A DNA stretch of 64,000 nt from Anthoceros angustus (GCA_010909165.1 VJWM01000063.1:1426001-1490000), one strand, 5' to 3'. Positions 21,467 through 34,789 are shown, counted from the stretch's first letter. Numbers and translations: made by a program. The notes: generated by a model not told the origin, from the letters alone.

Positions 21467-22873
21467 ATGGGTAAGCAGAAAACCAAGTCCCCGGCGGTGA
21501 AAGAGAAGCCGAAGCATTCTCTCGATGAGCCGCGCAGGGATGGCAAGAGCGGGGCCAGGAGCTTGGCCACTGTGCGCCGGCTCAACATGTACAAGCCTTT
21601 GCGGGACAGCAAAGGGCACATTAAGCGTCACGAGCTGCAGTCGCAGGCTCTGCCGTCCACCAGGATGCAGCCTGACCGACGCTGGTTTGGTAGGCTTTCG
21701 ATTTTGCTGGAATGGGTTTTCTTGCCTGGATGGTGGGTGAGAGGGAGCTTGCTTAAGAGTGGCTGGATGGCTTGCAGGAAACACAAGGGTTGTGGGACAG
21801 AGAGAGCTGGATAGGTTCAGGGAGGAGATGCGAACTACAGTGGCGAATCCCTATGCCGTGGTGTTGAAAAAGAAGAGGGTGCCGCTTGCCCTGGTGAATG
21901 ACAACAAAAAGGTTGAACCATGCCTTGTTCCTGTTTGTTTCCGTGGTGGACACCGGTTTCTGGCCCGTTCTGAACTCCCTGTTGTGTGATGCAGCAACCT
22001 GGAAGGAAAGGGGTGTTTTAGATCTTGTACCGTTTGATGCCGCTTTCGGGCCAAAGAAGAAGCACAGACGACCTACGCTAGCTGCAGAAGACTATGCTAG
22101 TTTGGTAGAAAGAGCTGCTGGTAGTGTGATGTTCCAGATTCAGTAGTGAGCCGACTCAGGGGTCCTGGATCACGACTTTCTCTTTGACTGCGGGATATTG
22201 GCAGACACTTTTAAGGTTAAAAGTTCTGGGGAAGGACCGGTGCTCGAAGACGGTGCACGTGATGCAGCAAGGCACATCATGTTTGATAAGGGGCAGAGCA
22301 AGCGTACTTGGGGGGAGCTTTACAAGGTGGTTGATTTCTCAGATGTGGTCGTTCAGGTCAGAGTTACACGTTGTTGGGTCTCGGTCAGCTTGGTGTTTAA
22401 AGGGTCATTGAAATTCCGAAACGCCTATACCAAAATGTTTGCTTTTGAGACAGGTACTTGCTACACGGGATCCACAGGGCATCACCATCTGGAAAGGCAC
22501 CTCCGAGACAATTGCAAGCAGAAGCACCTCATTTTCTTGTTAAACAAGGTATATTGTGCTGTTGCTTGTTTAGCAGCTCATGATCTGCTTGGTTACTACA
22601 GTCTGCAAGCTACGTCTTAATTACAGCTGTATGTGGATGTGTTGGGTAGTGTGATTTGGTGCCTTCTTGGGCCACAAAAGGGTGGCTGCATACGCTATCG
22701 AGGGAGTTTCTTACCTTGCTTTCCATGCGAGTATCACCAAGCCGTTTGGGGAGGTAATCTTCTCTCTAGTTCGTCTGTCTGCCTTGCTCGTTGGTCTGCA
22801 TGCAAAACTCAGAATGTGATTCTGGCTGCTTGCTGTTTGATGCAGGGTTCACTTCTTGGTCTTTTAAGACAGT
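21467..22873 (+). pseudogene. NUG2: Nucleolar GTP-binding protein 2 (NUG2/NOG2/GNL2) gene, 3'-truncated before the P-loop
   Basis: MGKQK..VRRLNMYKP..QPDRRWFG|NTRVVGQREL..FDKGQSKRTWGELYKVVDFSDVVVQ..HLERHL..KHLIFLLNK|CDLVPSW..HASITKPFG..GSLLGLLRQ, then abrupt loss of homology. GYPNVGKSS is absent and there are frameshifts. Confidence 0.85.
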
Positions 22874-23026
22874 TGGTTGGGTTCATTCCAATCTCAGCCC
22901 CCAACTATTCCGAGCACGCGTGCAGCAAAACCTAGGGCTAGAGCAGAAGCTGGGGTTTCAGTTATTGGATGCGCATGCTGGGATAGTTTGCAAGGACCCA
23001 TCCTTGAACGATGAAGATGACGAGTA

Positions 23027-23830
23027 TAGACGCCCTCTCCACCCAGCTTCTGGGGTTGACAACAGCCCACCGAGTGTAGAGTTCCAGGCTGGTACGGGCG
23101 TTGTCTCACTGCTTCGCGAGGCTTTGGTGCTTCAGACGAACTCTTGGCAGAGGCGGCTAGGGGTTGGAAGAGGCTTGAGGGTTGTGGTGCATCAAATGAA
23201 CTCTTGGAAGAGGCTACTAGGGAAGTTAATAACCGCATCGGTCCTATGGGGTTGTCAAAAAATAAGTTAGGCCATATGCCATCATGAGTGTATCTAGGGA
23301 TAGGCATGCCCAAGACCCATAAGGTTGGTGTATTTACGCAGGGGCAGCCAACCTTGCCCCAGAATGATGGGATGACACTTGCAAGAAGTGTGCATGACAG
23401 CCTGGGCAATGCAGGCTGTCATCACATCAAAGCTGGTGAGGCGGAGAAGGCAGATGAGGGTTTGTGTCAATGATTCCAACCTGCAAATGGCTTCAAGAGC
23501 TCCCTTACCAACAATGGAGTGGTTGCAAATGATGTAAACCTAGGTGCCATCGGATTCCTTCCTCACAACCTTGCGAAATCCTCTGATGGATCGTGTGGCA
23601 GCCCATGATGGTGGAAAGAGGAGAGGAGAGGAGGAGGCAAGAGTAGCTCTCTCACATTGAGATGAGGCTTGGAGGGTATTTACCCCCTAGGAAGCTCCAC
23701 AAGAAGCTCCTAGGACGGAGCACAAGAAGCTTTCTAGTGATTAGCTTCAGCTAAATTAATGATACTTAACTGACACCTAACTTAGACTAAGTGTATTAGT
23801 CTAAGTACATTGGGCTTTAATACCCTTACA
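23027..23830 (-). repeat. Copia LTR copy 1 (may extend to about 22876), preceded by a polypurine tract at 23831-23841
   Basis: Minus strand AAGTGGGAGGT|TGTAAGGGTATTAAAG; near-identical to 25008-25801. Confidence 0.85.
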
Positions 23831-25007
23831 ACCTCCCACTTAAAGGCCAATTTACCTTCGTAGGAGAATGGACTATCTCATGCCCATCGGTGTCCGAGCT
23901 TGTGCAAATTGCTCGTAGAGAGTCCCTTGGTAAGAATATCTCAGGTTCTCGGGTGAACCTTGACAAGTTGTACCCTCTTGTCATCCAACACCTCTCGAAT
24001 GAAGTGATACTTCACATCCACATGTTTAGTCTTCGCATGAAACATCGGATTCTTTGCCAATTGATAGCACTGCTATCACAATGCAACACCGGCAGCTCAA
24101 CCTTGATCCCCAAGTCTCCCACTAAACGAGCAAGCCATATGGCTTCCTTGCAAGCCTCGCTGTCGCAACATACTCGGCCTCGTGGTAGATAGCGTAATGC
24201 ACGATCGCAAACGAGATCGCCATGAGATCGCCTCCAAAGGCACGTGAAGACATAACTCGATGTGGACCTCCTTTTGTCCATATCCTGATAATCAAGATCC
24301 GTACCCAACCACACATGCATCTTCACTACCAAAACATATGCACAAAGCTTTTGTACCATTCGGATACCTCATAACTCCTTTTATCGCCTCCCAATGCTTC
24401 TTGCTGTGGTTTGACATAAACTCGCTAACCACTCCCACCGCAAAGGCAATGTCAGGACGTGTAGCAATCATTGCATACATCAAACTCCCTACATGATGAG
24501 TATGGGACCTTCTCCATTTCAGCTTTTGTCCTCCTCGTAGCTTGGGCAATCCGCTTGAAAGTTTCACATATGGAGGCAATGGAGTACCCAATGGCTTCCC
24601 TTCTCCATGTTGAAACGTTGAAGCACCTCGTTAATGTATTCCGTCGAGACAAATAAAGCGACGCTTATGTCTGCTCCGACGAATACGCATGCCAAGTATA
24701 TGGCTCGCCTCCCAAGTCTGCTATTTCAAAGTGAGCATTCAACTTTGACTTCAACAAAATCTCATCAAGATCGCTCAAAGAATTAGCATATCATCCACAT
24801 AGAGGATCAAAATGAGCAAGCTTTGATCCTTAGCTTGCTTCAGATAGAGGCAATGATCCTCATCGCCACGCTTGTAGCCTTGAGAAAGCATAAATGAGTG
24901 GAACTTGTGATACCACTGGTGCCTGCTTCAAACCATAAAGGCTCTTCCTCAACCTCGCACACCGATGCTCTTTGCCCTTCTCAACAAAACCTTCGGGTTG
25001 TTGCATG

Positions 25008-25801
25008 TAGACGCCCTCTCCACCCAGCTTCTGGGGTTGACAACAGCCCACCGAGTGTAGAGTTCCAGGCTGGTACGGGCGTTGTCTCACTGCTTCGCGA
25101 GGCTTTGGTGCTTCAGACGAACTCTTGGCAGAGGCGGCTAGGGGTTGGAAGAGGCTTGAGGGTTGTGGTGCATCAAAATGAACTCTTGGAAGAGGCTACT
25201 AGGGAAGTTAATAACCGCATCGGTCCTATGGGGTTGTCAAAAATAAGTTAGGCCATATGCCATCATGAGTGTATCTAGGGATAGGCATGCCCAAGACCCA
25301 TAAGGTTGGTGTATTTACGCAGGGGCAGCCAACCTTGCCCCAGAATGATGGGATGACACTTGCAAGAAGTGTGCATGACAGCCTGGGCAATGCAGGCTGT
25401 CATCACATCAAAGCTGGTGAGGCGGAGAAGGCAGATGAGGGTTTGTGTCAATGATTCCAACCTGCAAATGGCTTCAAGAGCTCCTTACCAACAATGGAGT
25501 GGTTGCAAATGATGTAAACCTAGGTGCCATCCAGTTCCTTCCTCACAACCTTGCGAAATCCTCGATGGATCGTGGCAGCCCATGATGGTGGAAAGAGAGG
25601 AGAGGAGGAGGCAAGAGTAGCTCTCACATTGAGATGAGGCTTGGAGGGTATTTATACCTCCTAGGAAGCTCCACAAGAAGCTCCTAGGAAGGAGCACAAG
25701 AAGCTTCCTAGTGATTAGCTTCAGCTAAACTAATGATATGGCGACACCTAACTTAGACTAAGTGTATTAGTCTAAGTACATTGAGCTTTAATACCCTTAC
25801 A
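25008..25801 (-). repeat. Copia LTR copy 2, truncated and fused to RT; polypurine tract at 25802-25812
   Basis: Same PPT|TGTAAGGG start; joins the RT YMQQP region at GAGGGCGTCTAC. Confidence 0.85.
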
Positions 25802-27843
25802 ACCTCCCACTTAAAGGCCAATTTACCTTCGTGAAGAATGGACTATCTCATGCCCATCGGTGTAGCTTGTGCAAATTGCTCGTAGAGTCCCTTGGTAAGA
25901 ATATGCGGGGTTGGTGGTGTGAACCTTGACAAGTTGTACCCTCTTGTCATCCAACACCTCTCGAATGAAGTGATACTTCACATCCACATGTTTAGTCTTC
26001 GCATGAAACACTTTGGATTCTTTGCCAATTGGATAGCACTGGCTATCACAATGCAACAACAGCGACTCAACCTTGATCCCCAAGTCTCCCACTAAGCAGG
26101 CAAGCCATATGGCTTCCTTGCAAGCCTCGATTCTTTGCAACATACTCGGCCTCTGTGGTAGATAGCGTAATGCACGATCGCAAACGAGATCGCCATGAGG
26201 CGCCCCTCCGATGCATGAAGACATAACGATGTGGACCTCCTTTTGTCCATATCCTGCATAATCGCATCTGTACCCAACCACACATGCATCTTCACTACCA
26301 AAACATATGCACAAAGCTTTTGTACCATTCGGATACCTCATAACTCCTTTTATCGCCTCCCAATGCTTCTTGCCGGGGTTGACATAAACTCGCTAACCAC
26401 TCCGCAAAGGCAATGTCGGGACGTGTAGCAATCATTGCATACATCAAACTCCCTACGGTGATGAGTATGGGACCTTCTCCATTTTTACTTTGTCCTCCTC
26501 GAGCTTGGGCAATCCGGCAGAAAGTTTCACATATGGAGGCAATGGGTACCCAATGGCTTCTCCATGTTGAAGCGTTGAAGCACCTGTAATTGTAAGACAA
26601 ATAAAGCGGGCTTGTCATTGACGAATCGCATGCCAAGTATATGGCTCGCCTCTCCCAAGTCTGTCATTTCAAAGTGAGCATTCAACTTTGACTTCAGAAA
26701 TCTCATCGATCTTGTTTGACAATTAGCATATCATCCACATAGAGGATCAAAATGAGCAAGCTTTGATCCTTAGCTTGCGTATAGAGGCAATGATCCTCAT
26801 CGCTTCGTTTGTAGCCTTGAGAAAGCATAAATGAGTGGAACTTGTGATACCACTCTCAGGGTGCTGTTTCAAACCATAAAGGCTCTTCCTCAACTTTGCA
26901 CACGGATGCTCTTTGCCCTTCTCAACAAAACCTTGGTTCTTTGCATGTAGGCGTCCTCTTGAAGGTCACCATGCAAGAATGCCGCCTTGACATCCATCCG
27001 CAAGTTCCATATCATTCCCCGCAACCAAAGCAAGAACACATCGCAAAGTTGTCATTTTGACTATCGGTGAGAAAATCTCATCAAAGTCAATGCCTGTTGT
27101 TGCTTGAAACCCTTAGCAACCAATCGTGCCTTGTACTTTGGTTTGCCATCAAGGGTATGACCTTCATCTTGTACACCCATTTGCACTAGAGTGCCTTCTT
27201 ATCCTTAGGCAACCAACCAACTCCCAAGTTTGGTTCTTATCGTAATTCATTTCGATCGCATGGCCTTCTCCCACTTCTCTTTGTTGCTCATTGACATGGC
27301 CTCTTTGTAAGAAGAGGGTTCCCCACAACTGTCAAGATAACATAATCCGTAGATGGATCATACCGCCGTGAGGTCGTGTAATCGCCTCGACTCTAAGCAT
27401 GTGCACCTCTATAGGTGGTTGTTCGACTCTTGGTTCATCTATCGGTGGAGGAATGTGCTCTGCACATTACCACGTATCAACCCGCCCATGATGATCATGT
27501 CCATCTTCTTGAAGATCACCCTTCGCACCTCCACAGCTTGGAGTAGGCTTCTGTGCATCTTGTTCTCATTGAAGAACACGTCGTTAGTACGAACAACCTT
27601 TCTAGCCTCGATCCCACAAACGGTATCCCATCTCACCGTAATCACCATAGCCAAGAAAAATACATTTCTTGGACTTAGGTGCCAACTTGTCCCGAAACTC
27701 TTTTGGAACATGGCAAGATGCCTCATGCCCAAACACTCGCAGATGCTTGTAGGATGGTTTCTTTCGGACCATAGCTCCTCTGGAACCTGCTCATCAACAG
27801 CCTTATTAGGAGATCTGTTAATAAGATGAACTGCAGTAGACAC

Positions 27844-28078
27844 TGGAAAAGAGGAGAGGAGAGGAGGAGGCAAGAGTAGCTCTCTCACATTGAGATGAGG
27901 CTTGGAGGGTATTTATACCCTCCAATAGGGCTCCCTAGGAAGCTCCACAAGAAGCTCCTAGGAAGGAGCACAAGAAGTTTCCTAGTGATAAGCTTCAGCT
28001 AAACTAATAATACTTAACTGACACCTAACTTAGACTAAGTGTATTAGTCTAAGTACATTGGGCTTTAATACCCTTACA
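27844..28078 (-). repeat. Copia 5' LTR stub fused directly to the integrase C-terminus
   Basis: TGTAAGGG start at 28078 with no PPT. LTR identity ends at CTCTTTTCCA and continues as GTGTCTACTGCAGTTCATCTT (VSTAVHL). Confidence 0.85.
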
Positions 28079-29849
28079 CTCTCAACTTGCAATCACGCTT
28101 AAGACGTGGCCGTCTTCGACTGTCGCGGCTCGCGATCTGCCGCGAGAATGATGCTTGTTGAGATCTCGAACGAGTGCCAAACAATCCCGGCTTGCCCAGT
28201 CCATCTGCAGACACTCGCCTTTGCAATTTGCTCAGCTGTTCCCGTTCGTCCCATTCAGCAATCCACTACAAAATGGAACCCTTGCTGCTCACAATCGCCA
28301 ACTGAACATCTCGCTTGATGCAGGCTGAGCAAATTAGAACAGAGCACGGCCGGATCTCGATTCCCCACAGGCTCACCGAGATCTTCACTGGCTGAAGAGC
28401 ACTGCCCTAAAAAATCTTGCTGCTCAACTCGCGAACAGACTCCGGACAGAATGTCAACAAATCCCCGATCCAACTGCTGCAGAATGCACTTCCCGCCACT
28501 GTCTGGTTGATCTGATCTCCACAGCTCGACTGAAATTCTCAGCTCAAATTCAACAGCTTGAATTCTCAGCTATCCGTCCAATCGTGGCACTTGAGAAATC
28601 TGTCGAACTCGCCCTAGTTCCGGCCGTCTTTCAATCACAAGCAGAAGGAAAACCCGAATCGTGGACACTGCTCGAGGAGTCACACATGCATCGGAGGCAG
28701 CTTGTCACATGGAGTGGATCGATCGTGGCACACGCTCGCAGACCCAGCAATCAGCCTTCTCAAACGCTCAGCTGGCAGAATTTTCAACGCGCCTTTGACA
28801 GCCAAACACTCTTCCGCTGCGCACAAGCCGACCAAGCTGGAATTCGAACATAAATCATGTCGCAACTTGGAATCCCGAGTGGCAATCACAGACGAAACCC
28901 ACGACAATCGGTTCATGAGTTGGTGCGCTTAATTTCTAGAGGCGTGGATAGATTTTCAGAAGCACGACAGCAACAGGATCGATCGGACCATGCTGCTGTC
29001 GCGCGTCTTGCCCACTTCTTGCCGTTGTCTTTCCCACGTCTTGCTGCTGTCTCGCCTTGCTGTGCGGCAAGCGCTGATGATAAATTTAGAGCGTGTCCAT
29101 TCTCTACTGTTGTCAACGTCCCCTCCGAATTGCATGATACGAATCCCATTCCTGCTGCAACCCATCCACCACTACCAAGAGCCCAACATCCCACACAGCA
29201 ACCCCGATACTTTACCAATACTCTGGAGTAGGCTTATCCTCAATATTTGATGCGGATAAATCCACAACCCTAGTCCTTAGCTCGTTACAATGTTGGCTAG
29301 GACGCCAGGGCCAGCCTATTAACATGCTAGCAATCCACACCAGGACAGACCGTGTTCCCGAGATTGGAACTGCATTCCCGCCGGAATGCTCGTTACAATT
29401 ACATCTTATGGCTCATTTTCAACGTAAGCGATAGCTCTCCACTTGGGCTGACTACCGTACCCCAAGGGGTGATTCGGCGTTAATTAATTAAAATTAGTAA
29501 AAGTTGAAAATCCAGATATTATTATACGTAAAATGTTGAATAGGTAAAAATTTATGAGTTTATGATGCCGAAAATAAGAAAATAAGGGTTTGTGTGGAAA
29601 ATTAGGGCCTATTTATGGGAGGTCTATACTTATTCATTAGTTTTATATATATACCTATGTATTTTAATAAATGTTGAAATCTGATAAAATTATTTTTTGT
29701 AAATGTTGAAATTTTAAAAAATGTAAATATTTATGTTGAACCTTATTTTTTTTCAAAAAATATTTCGGCATTATCCTGTTGAACCACCCTCGAGGTACGG
29801 TATGTCACGCCGCATAGAAGAAGTAGAAGAATTTTATTTAAGTCCACTA

Positions 29850-30000
29850 AGGACGGATTTCCATCATTGGACTTGGTACTTAACCACTTGTATCATGGTG
29901 TGCATAAGCTACTTGCACCAAGGGCATCCACTCCCTTTAGGCACCCCATCTAAGTACCGATCTAAGTTCAGGATGCTTAATCACAGCATTCTTATACATG
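29850..30000 (-). repeat. Inverted homologue of 16960-17125 at the left edge of the tandem array
   Basis: Reverse complement GTGGTTAAGTACCAAGTCCAATGATGGAAATCCGTC and TTAAGCATCCTGAACTTAGATCGGTACTTAGATGGGGTGCCTAAAGGGAGTGGA. Confidence 0.7.
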
Positions 30001-30983
30001 TGTGTTCATTTGGCCTAAGCCATGTGCATACAATTACACTGACGTGTTGTCCTTCGAGATCCTAGTTACTGTTATCTTCTTTATATCTAAGTTTTGTGTT
30101 ACTCGGTTGATTGTAACTACAGGATGCAAGCAAAAACATTCAAGTTGAAGCTTTCGCTTTTAAGGTTTAGCTTTAATTTTCCGTTTCTTTCTTTTACTTC
30201 CAAGCATATGTTGCGGTGCCATTTGGTGGCTTAACTCACGTTCATACTCAAAGGCTTGGTGTTTGTTGCAAATGCCAGAAAGCCTGCAGACATTGTGAGC
30301 ACCGTGGTATGTCGCACCTTGTGGTATTTGAATTTTGGTAATAAAAATAAATCGAACATTGGGGATTTTAAGGTTCTAATTCCCTTGAAAATATGTTTTC
30401 ATCGGGCATGAACCAGCTCGTCATGGTGTTTTTGGTGTTTTATTTAAAAGTTGACTCACAAAGTTTCTATAGACCGGTTAATCGAAGTTAGAGGACAAAA
30501 GCCCTCCAAGGAATCGTCCGTTGAAGTGCGCAAGATATCCCTCTACGTGATCATATGGTGCGAAACTTGCTTTCAATTAAGTTTAGACAAGAATGAACCT
30601 GTAACTTGAAGGAGAAGTTTTGAAAAATAGATTTGTCTACAAGAAATCCAACGTTTATGTGTGTTAAAGTGTAAGCAAGTTGTACACAAGTTTCATCTCA
30701 AACGAATGTATGTATGTATTTATTTATTTTGGCCTACTATATTTTTTGTTAGGATAAATAAAAATAGATCAATCATAATTTATGATAGAAACTAGAAATA
30801 CATCTACTCGTTCAAGTATCGGTTTTGATGATGTATATGAAAAGGCTAGAGCTTTGTCACCAAATTACGTTGATTTAAAATCAAACAAATCGACATTACA
30901 ACATTACTTTTTGTAAGCCCAAAAACAGCTGGATGCAAATTAAGAAAAATAGCCCCTTTCTTCGTGGATTACGGATAATCTGG

Positions 30984-32916
30984 TTAATAACTGGCCACCA
31001 AAAACATCCAAGTACCTCCGGCTAAACAATCACTACCTTCATTATCATAAAAGATTTTGTAGTCATATTGTTGAGGATCCGTTGTTAAGAAGTATAGGCC
31101 TTTTGCATCACGTGGGATGAGATTATTATGCCCATCGGCCACTATAGTGTGCATTGCAGCCATGTGGGCTGGTACATCATTTACTCCACATGTTGCTGGT
31201 CCCGTGGCCGTCGAACCAAATCGTCCATTCCCCATCACTACGTGTGACTGTGGACTTCCCATTAGTGTTTCACCTCCCCATTGCATTTCAGTAGCAAGCC
31301 CATCTCGCAAAAGACCTTCAGATAGATATTATTTGGCCAATAACCTCGCTATGCCCTCGATATACTGACCACACATCCGCATGGCACTAGCTGTATCACA
31401 AATCAACCCAATTTGTAAATAGGGTGAATGAACTTGCCACATTGGACAAATACATTAAAAACTATTCAAAGCTCTTGAAATAAAGAAGAATAGAATGATA
31501 TAGTTATATATCACGATACCTTGTTAATGCCAAGAGCATGCTTGTGCCATCATAATTACCGACAAAACCACCACCAAGGACATAGGTTGCATCGGTTTGA
31601 ATAAATCCGAGGCATTGTAGATTGAAGCATCCTGTTGTTTGATAATTATCTCGTATTAACACACAACACTTTATATTAGCTACTGAAGTTTGAACTAACA
31701 TGCATTACTAGTGAAGGAATGTTGCTTTCCATAGGAATCACTTCTTGTCCAATAAATAAACAAATGAGGTTGTGCATCCGAAAACATTAATGGTTCCACC
31801 TATTTTTGAAGAAACAAGAAATTTCAAATGTTAGGTGCCTTCCACCAAAACGTTATTATATTTTCTTGGATTATAAAACTCTTTTGAGATTTGATTGATA
31901 TGTTTATAATACTATAACATAAAGCAACATACTTACAATCCACCCACTTGACGTATTACGGTTATTGCACGATGCTATAACCCAAATTTGCGAGATTGTA
32001 CCATCTTGGTTTGTCATATCGCCTGAGGATTCCAAAGACTAATCTGGCGTTCCACCTCCATTCCACTTTCCGGACTTGAAGCAACGACATCGCATTTTAT
32101 ATCTACATATGTTAATGAATCTTGCATGCTTGTGTACGTGTTAACAATAGCTTCATGCTTGCTACATTGATCTATCTAGTTCTCATTATCATGAGGACTT
32201 CATGGTTTGAATTACATGATGCGTGACCGATTGAACTTGGCCTAGAGCTCTTTTTGCGGCCGTATTTACTTTGTGCACGTTATCTCCTTTGCTTGCACGT
32301 AGAATAGGTATAGTACCTTCCGGACACGAACCAACTTCATGTTGATAGGTACGCCGACACGTATTGCGATAACATAGTTGTGATTCGCCTTTTGAGTTGA
32401 TGTTGATGGTTTCTACGTAGTACGTGGAGCTAGTTTAGATCTTGAGCATCAAATGAAGACAAAGTATGCTAATGTTATAGTTACATCTTGAAATGAAAGC
32501 CATAACGAAAGCACACTTACTTGAATCACATGATCCTTAAAGCGTGGATCTCGTAGTGTTAGTTGGTGCTCAATCTTCACGCAATCTACTATCGAACCAT
32601 CCGTTTGGAATCAATTCAAACATAAAAATAGCGAGTCGATTTAAGATACTAATGCAAAGAATGGTCAAGCCTAAAAAAAAACCTTAGAACCTTTAGTTAA
32701 TATGAATAAAAATTCCCAATCAACAAGAATTGGGGAATCGATTTAAAATCTCACAAATTAAAGGAAAGTAAAAACATACGTTGTGTGTTTGGACAAATGG
32801 CAATGTACCATCTTTTGAAATAAAAGCTTTCCTTTGTGCCTCAACCAACGTTTTGCTTCCATAGCTAAAAGGAACAAGAAGCTTGCCAATAGTAGGATTA
32901 GCCAAGTGTTAGACAT
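30984..32916 (-). CDS. Neprosin-family secreted peptidase (DUF239), copy 1
   Basis: Signal peptide MSNTWLILLLASFLFLLAMEA; propeptide GSCPEGTIPIL; SLWNP..DGTISQIWV..GWI; DNYQTTGCFNLQCLGFIQT; GYWPNN..QWGGET..MGNGRF..DPQQYD..GGTWMF. Intron-containing; indels differ between copies. Confidence 0.85.
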
Positions 32917-33124
32917 GGTGTCGGAACTAGTCTTCACTAGGAAGTCTCACGAAAAGGAGCTTGAACATGAACTTGTAGCTAATTTAGAACAACTTTAACT
33001 CGACAATAATGTGAATAAGAGTGAAGCACACACACACATATATAGACCATATCTAAAATTATTTCTTGAACTTATCTCTTGGTATACAATTGATCTTGAT
33101 ACATATATGTACACATGCATGTAT

Positions 33125-33590
33125 GCGCCCGCAGATTGCTGAATTAGTTATGGATACAGGGAAAATGCCCATGCGCAGTAGAAGCCCTGGCCTAATTTTT
33201 CTCTTAAGCTTCGAATGGGGCGCAGCTCTTGCGACTAAGCTGTTTGCAATTCAGCTAATATTGTGAAGCGCTTTTCCGGCTTACAAGTTTGGTGATAAAA
33301 CACTACCCAAAAGTTTTAGTGTTTGAAGTTTGCCAAGGCATCATGAGCTCTGTCATATCCAAAGGTCCTTACCCAAGCCTGCTACTATTTCTATAGACTA
33401 TCTGCATGTTGGGCTTCCCTATTTTGATCATTGGCACGATCCTTTGCGGACATCATCATACTAATAGCTACCAATATTTTACATTACATCATGGTGTTGC
33501 AACGGATGTACATCCTCATGCCATATGTGAGCTTCCAAGAAAATCTCGTTACCCTTATGACTCTTTTGAAGGTAAGCAATAGCTATGCTC
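33125..33590 (+). pseudogene. MO25-derived mosaic fragment A (exon 2 start, intron 4, exon 8 3' part, intron 8 start); repeated in each unit
   Basis: CAGATTGCTGAATTAGTTATGGATA resembles 17849-17875; GTTTGCCAAGGCATCATGAGCTCTGTCATATCC resembles 18731-18765; ATATGTGAGCTTCCAAGAAAATCTC..GACTCTTTTGAAGGTAAGCAATAGCT resembles 19775-19840. Confidence 0.85.
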
Positions 33591-34789
33591 TCCGGCCGAC
33601 AATGTGGCGCATCACATGATGATGTGTGTCCTTGAAATCTTGGTTCAGATTTAAGCTTAGTTTCCACATTGAAGGTTTGTGTTATTTTGATAATACAGAT
33701 CTCGGCATGCATATAGTGTGATAGACGACAAAGGAAATTGGCAATGAGGTGATTTTTGCAATTCCTACCCTCAGACTCGACACTCAACACACTTGAATGC
33801 TGCAGCTGGCTCAACTGTTCTAAATAGAAAGGAATGTCGATGATGGTGGTATGATGTATCAATTTCCCATGTCCTCATTTTAAATGTCACAAACTTTCTA
33901 ACGTTATTATGGATTTGGTCATAATGAGTCTTCATGTTGTAGAGGATTTGTTTGGGCATAAACACAAATCTTTTATGGCCTCTCATGGTTAGATGTAAGC
34001 CCTAAAGGACTAATCTACTCAAATTGAGTGGTTGTCATGCGTTTTGGGCCTGTGTTTTTCCACATCCATTTTTACGGACCTTTGAGCATATGTGCCTCGC
34101 AATGTGGAGAACATGTAGATTTTTAGAGCGGACAAACGAACACCATCTCCATGCCCAACGGTGAGCTTGAAGGGAGATTCTGAAGATGCGAGTGGAACAA
34201 AGCCGGTACATGCCGGTGAGGGCCCAGCCATCACAATGGCCCTCTTCTTGAGCCGCCCAGCTAGAGCCCTCGCTAGACCGTGGTCGATAAGGCCTCAACA
34301 AGTGACGCACGGCAATATCCGTACGGGTGCGTGTTGCCAGTTGTTTAGGTCTGATCCTGATGTGTTTTTAGAAATGGAGGTCACCGGCATAGCTTAGTAG
34401 GACTAGCCCAATTTTTTCTTTGGAAAATGTGATGGCCATAGTCTTGACTTCCAATTGTGCTCATTTTTTGTGACAATGTCCATGGCCTTGCTAAGAATTC
34501 GAATCCGTGATGAAGTTTGCTCAACCCAAGTCCTTGTCATTCTGCGGCCACAAGTGAAGATGCTCGCCTGTGGCCTTGTGACCTTGAAGGGTCAAAGGGC
34601 ATTGGAAATTTGTGGAAATGTCATATAAGGCATTGCCTTGTTTCAAAAGAGATGAGCGTATACATGCAAGCATGCCGTGGTCATTGTGAGAGTGAGACCA
34701 GGTAAACAGATTTTTTAAAAATAAAATATACATAAATACATGATATTCACCACGAATGAAAATGGACTTCGCCCTTTAGGAGTTGAATT

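Larger units (their letters stand above)
22876..28078 (-). mobile_element. Ty1/Copia LTR retrotransposon, deleted (gag/protease/most of integrase missing) and partly tandem-duplicated
   Basis: STAVHLINRSP (integrase), YMQQPEGFVEKGKEH..LRKSLYGLKQAP, VGSLMYAMIATRPDIAFAVG, LSTTEAEY, FHAKTKHVDVKYHFIREV. Three LTR copies start TGTAAGGG on the minus strand. Left end approximate; no TSD found. Confidence 0.92.
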
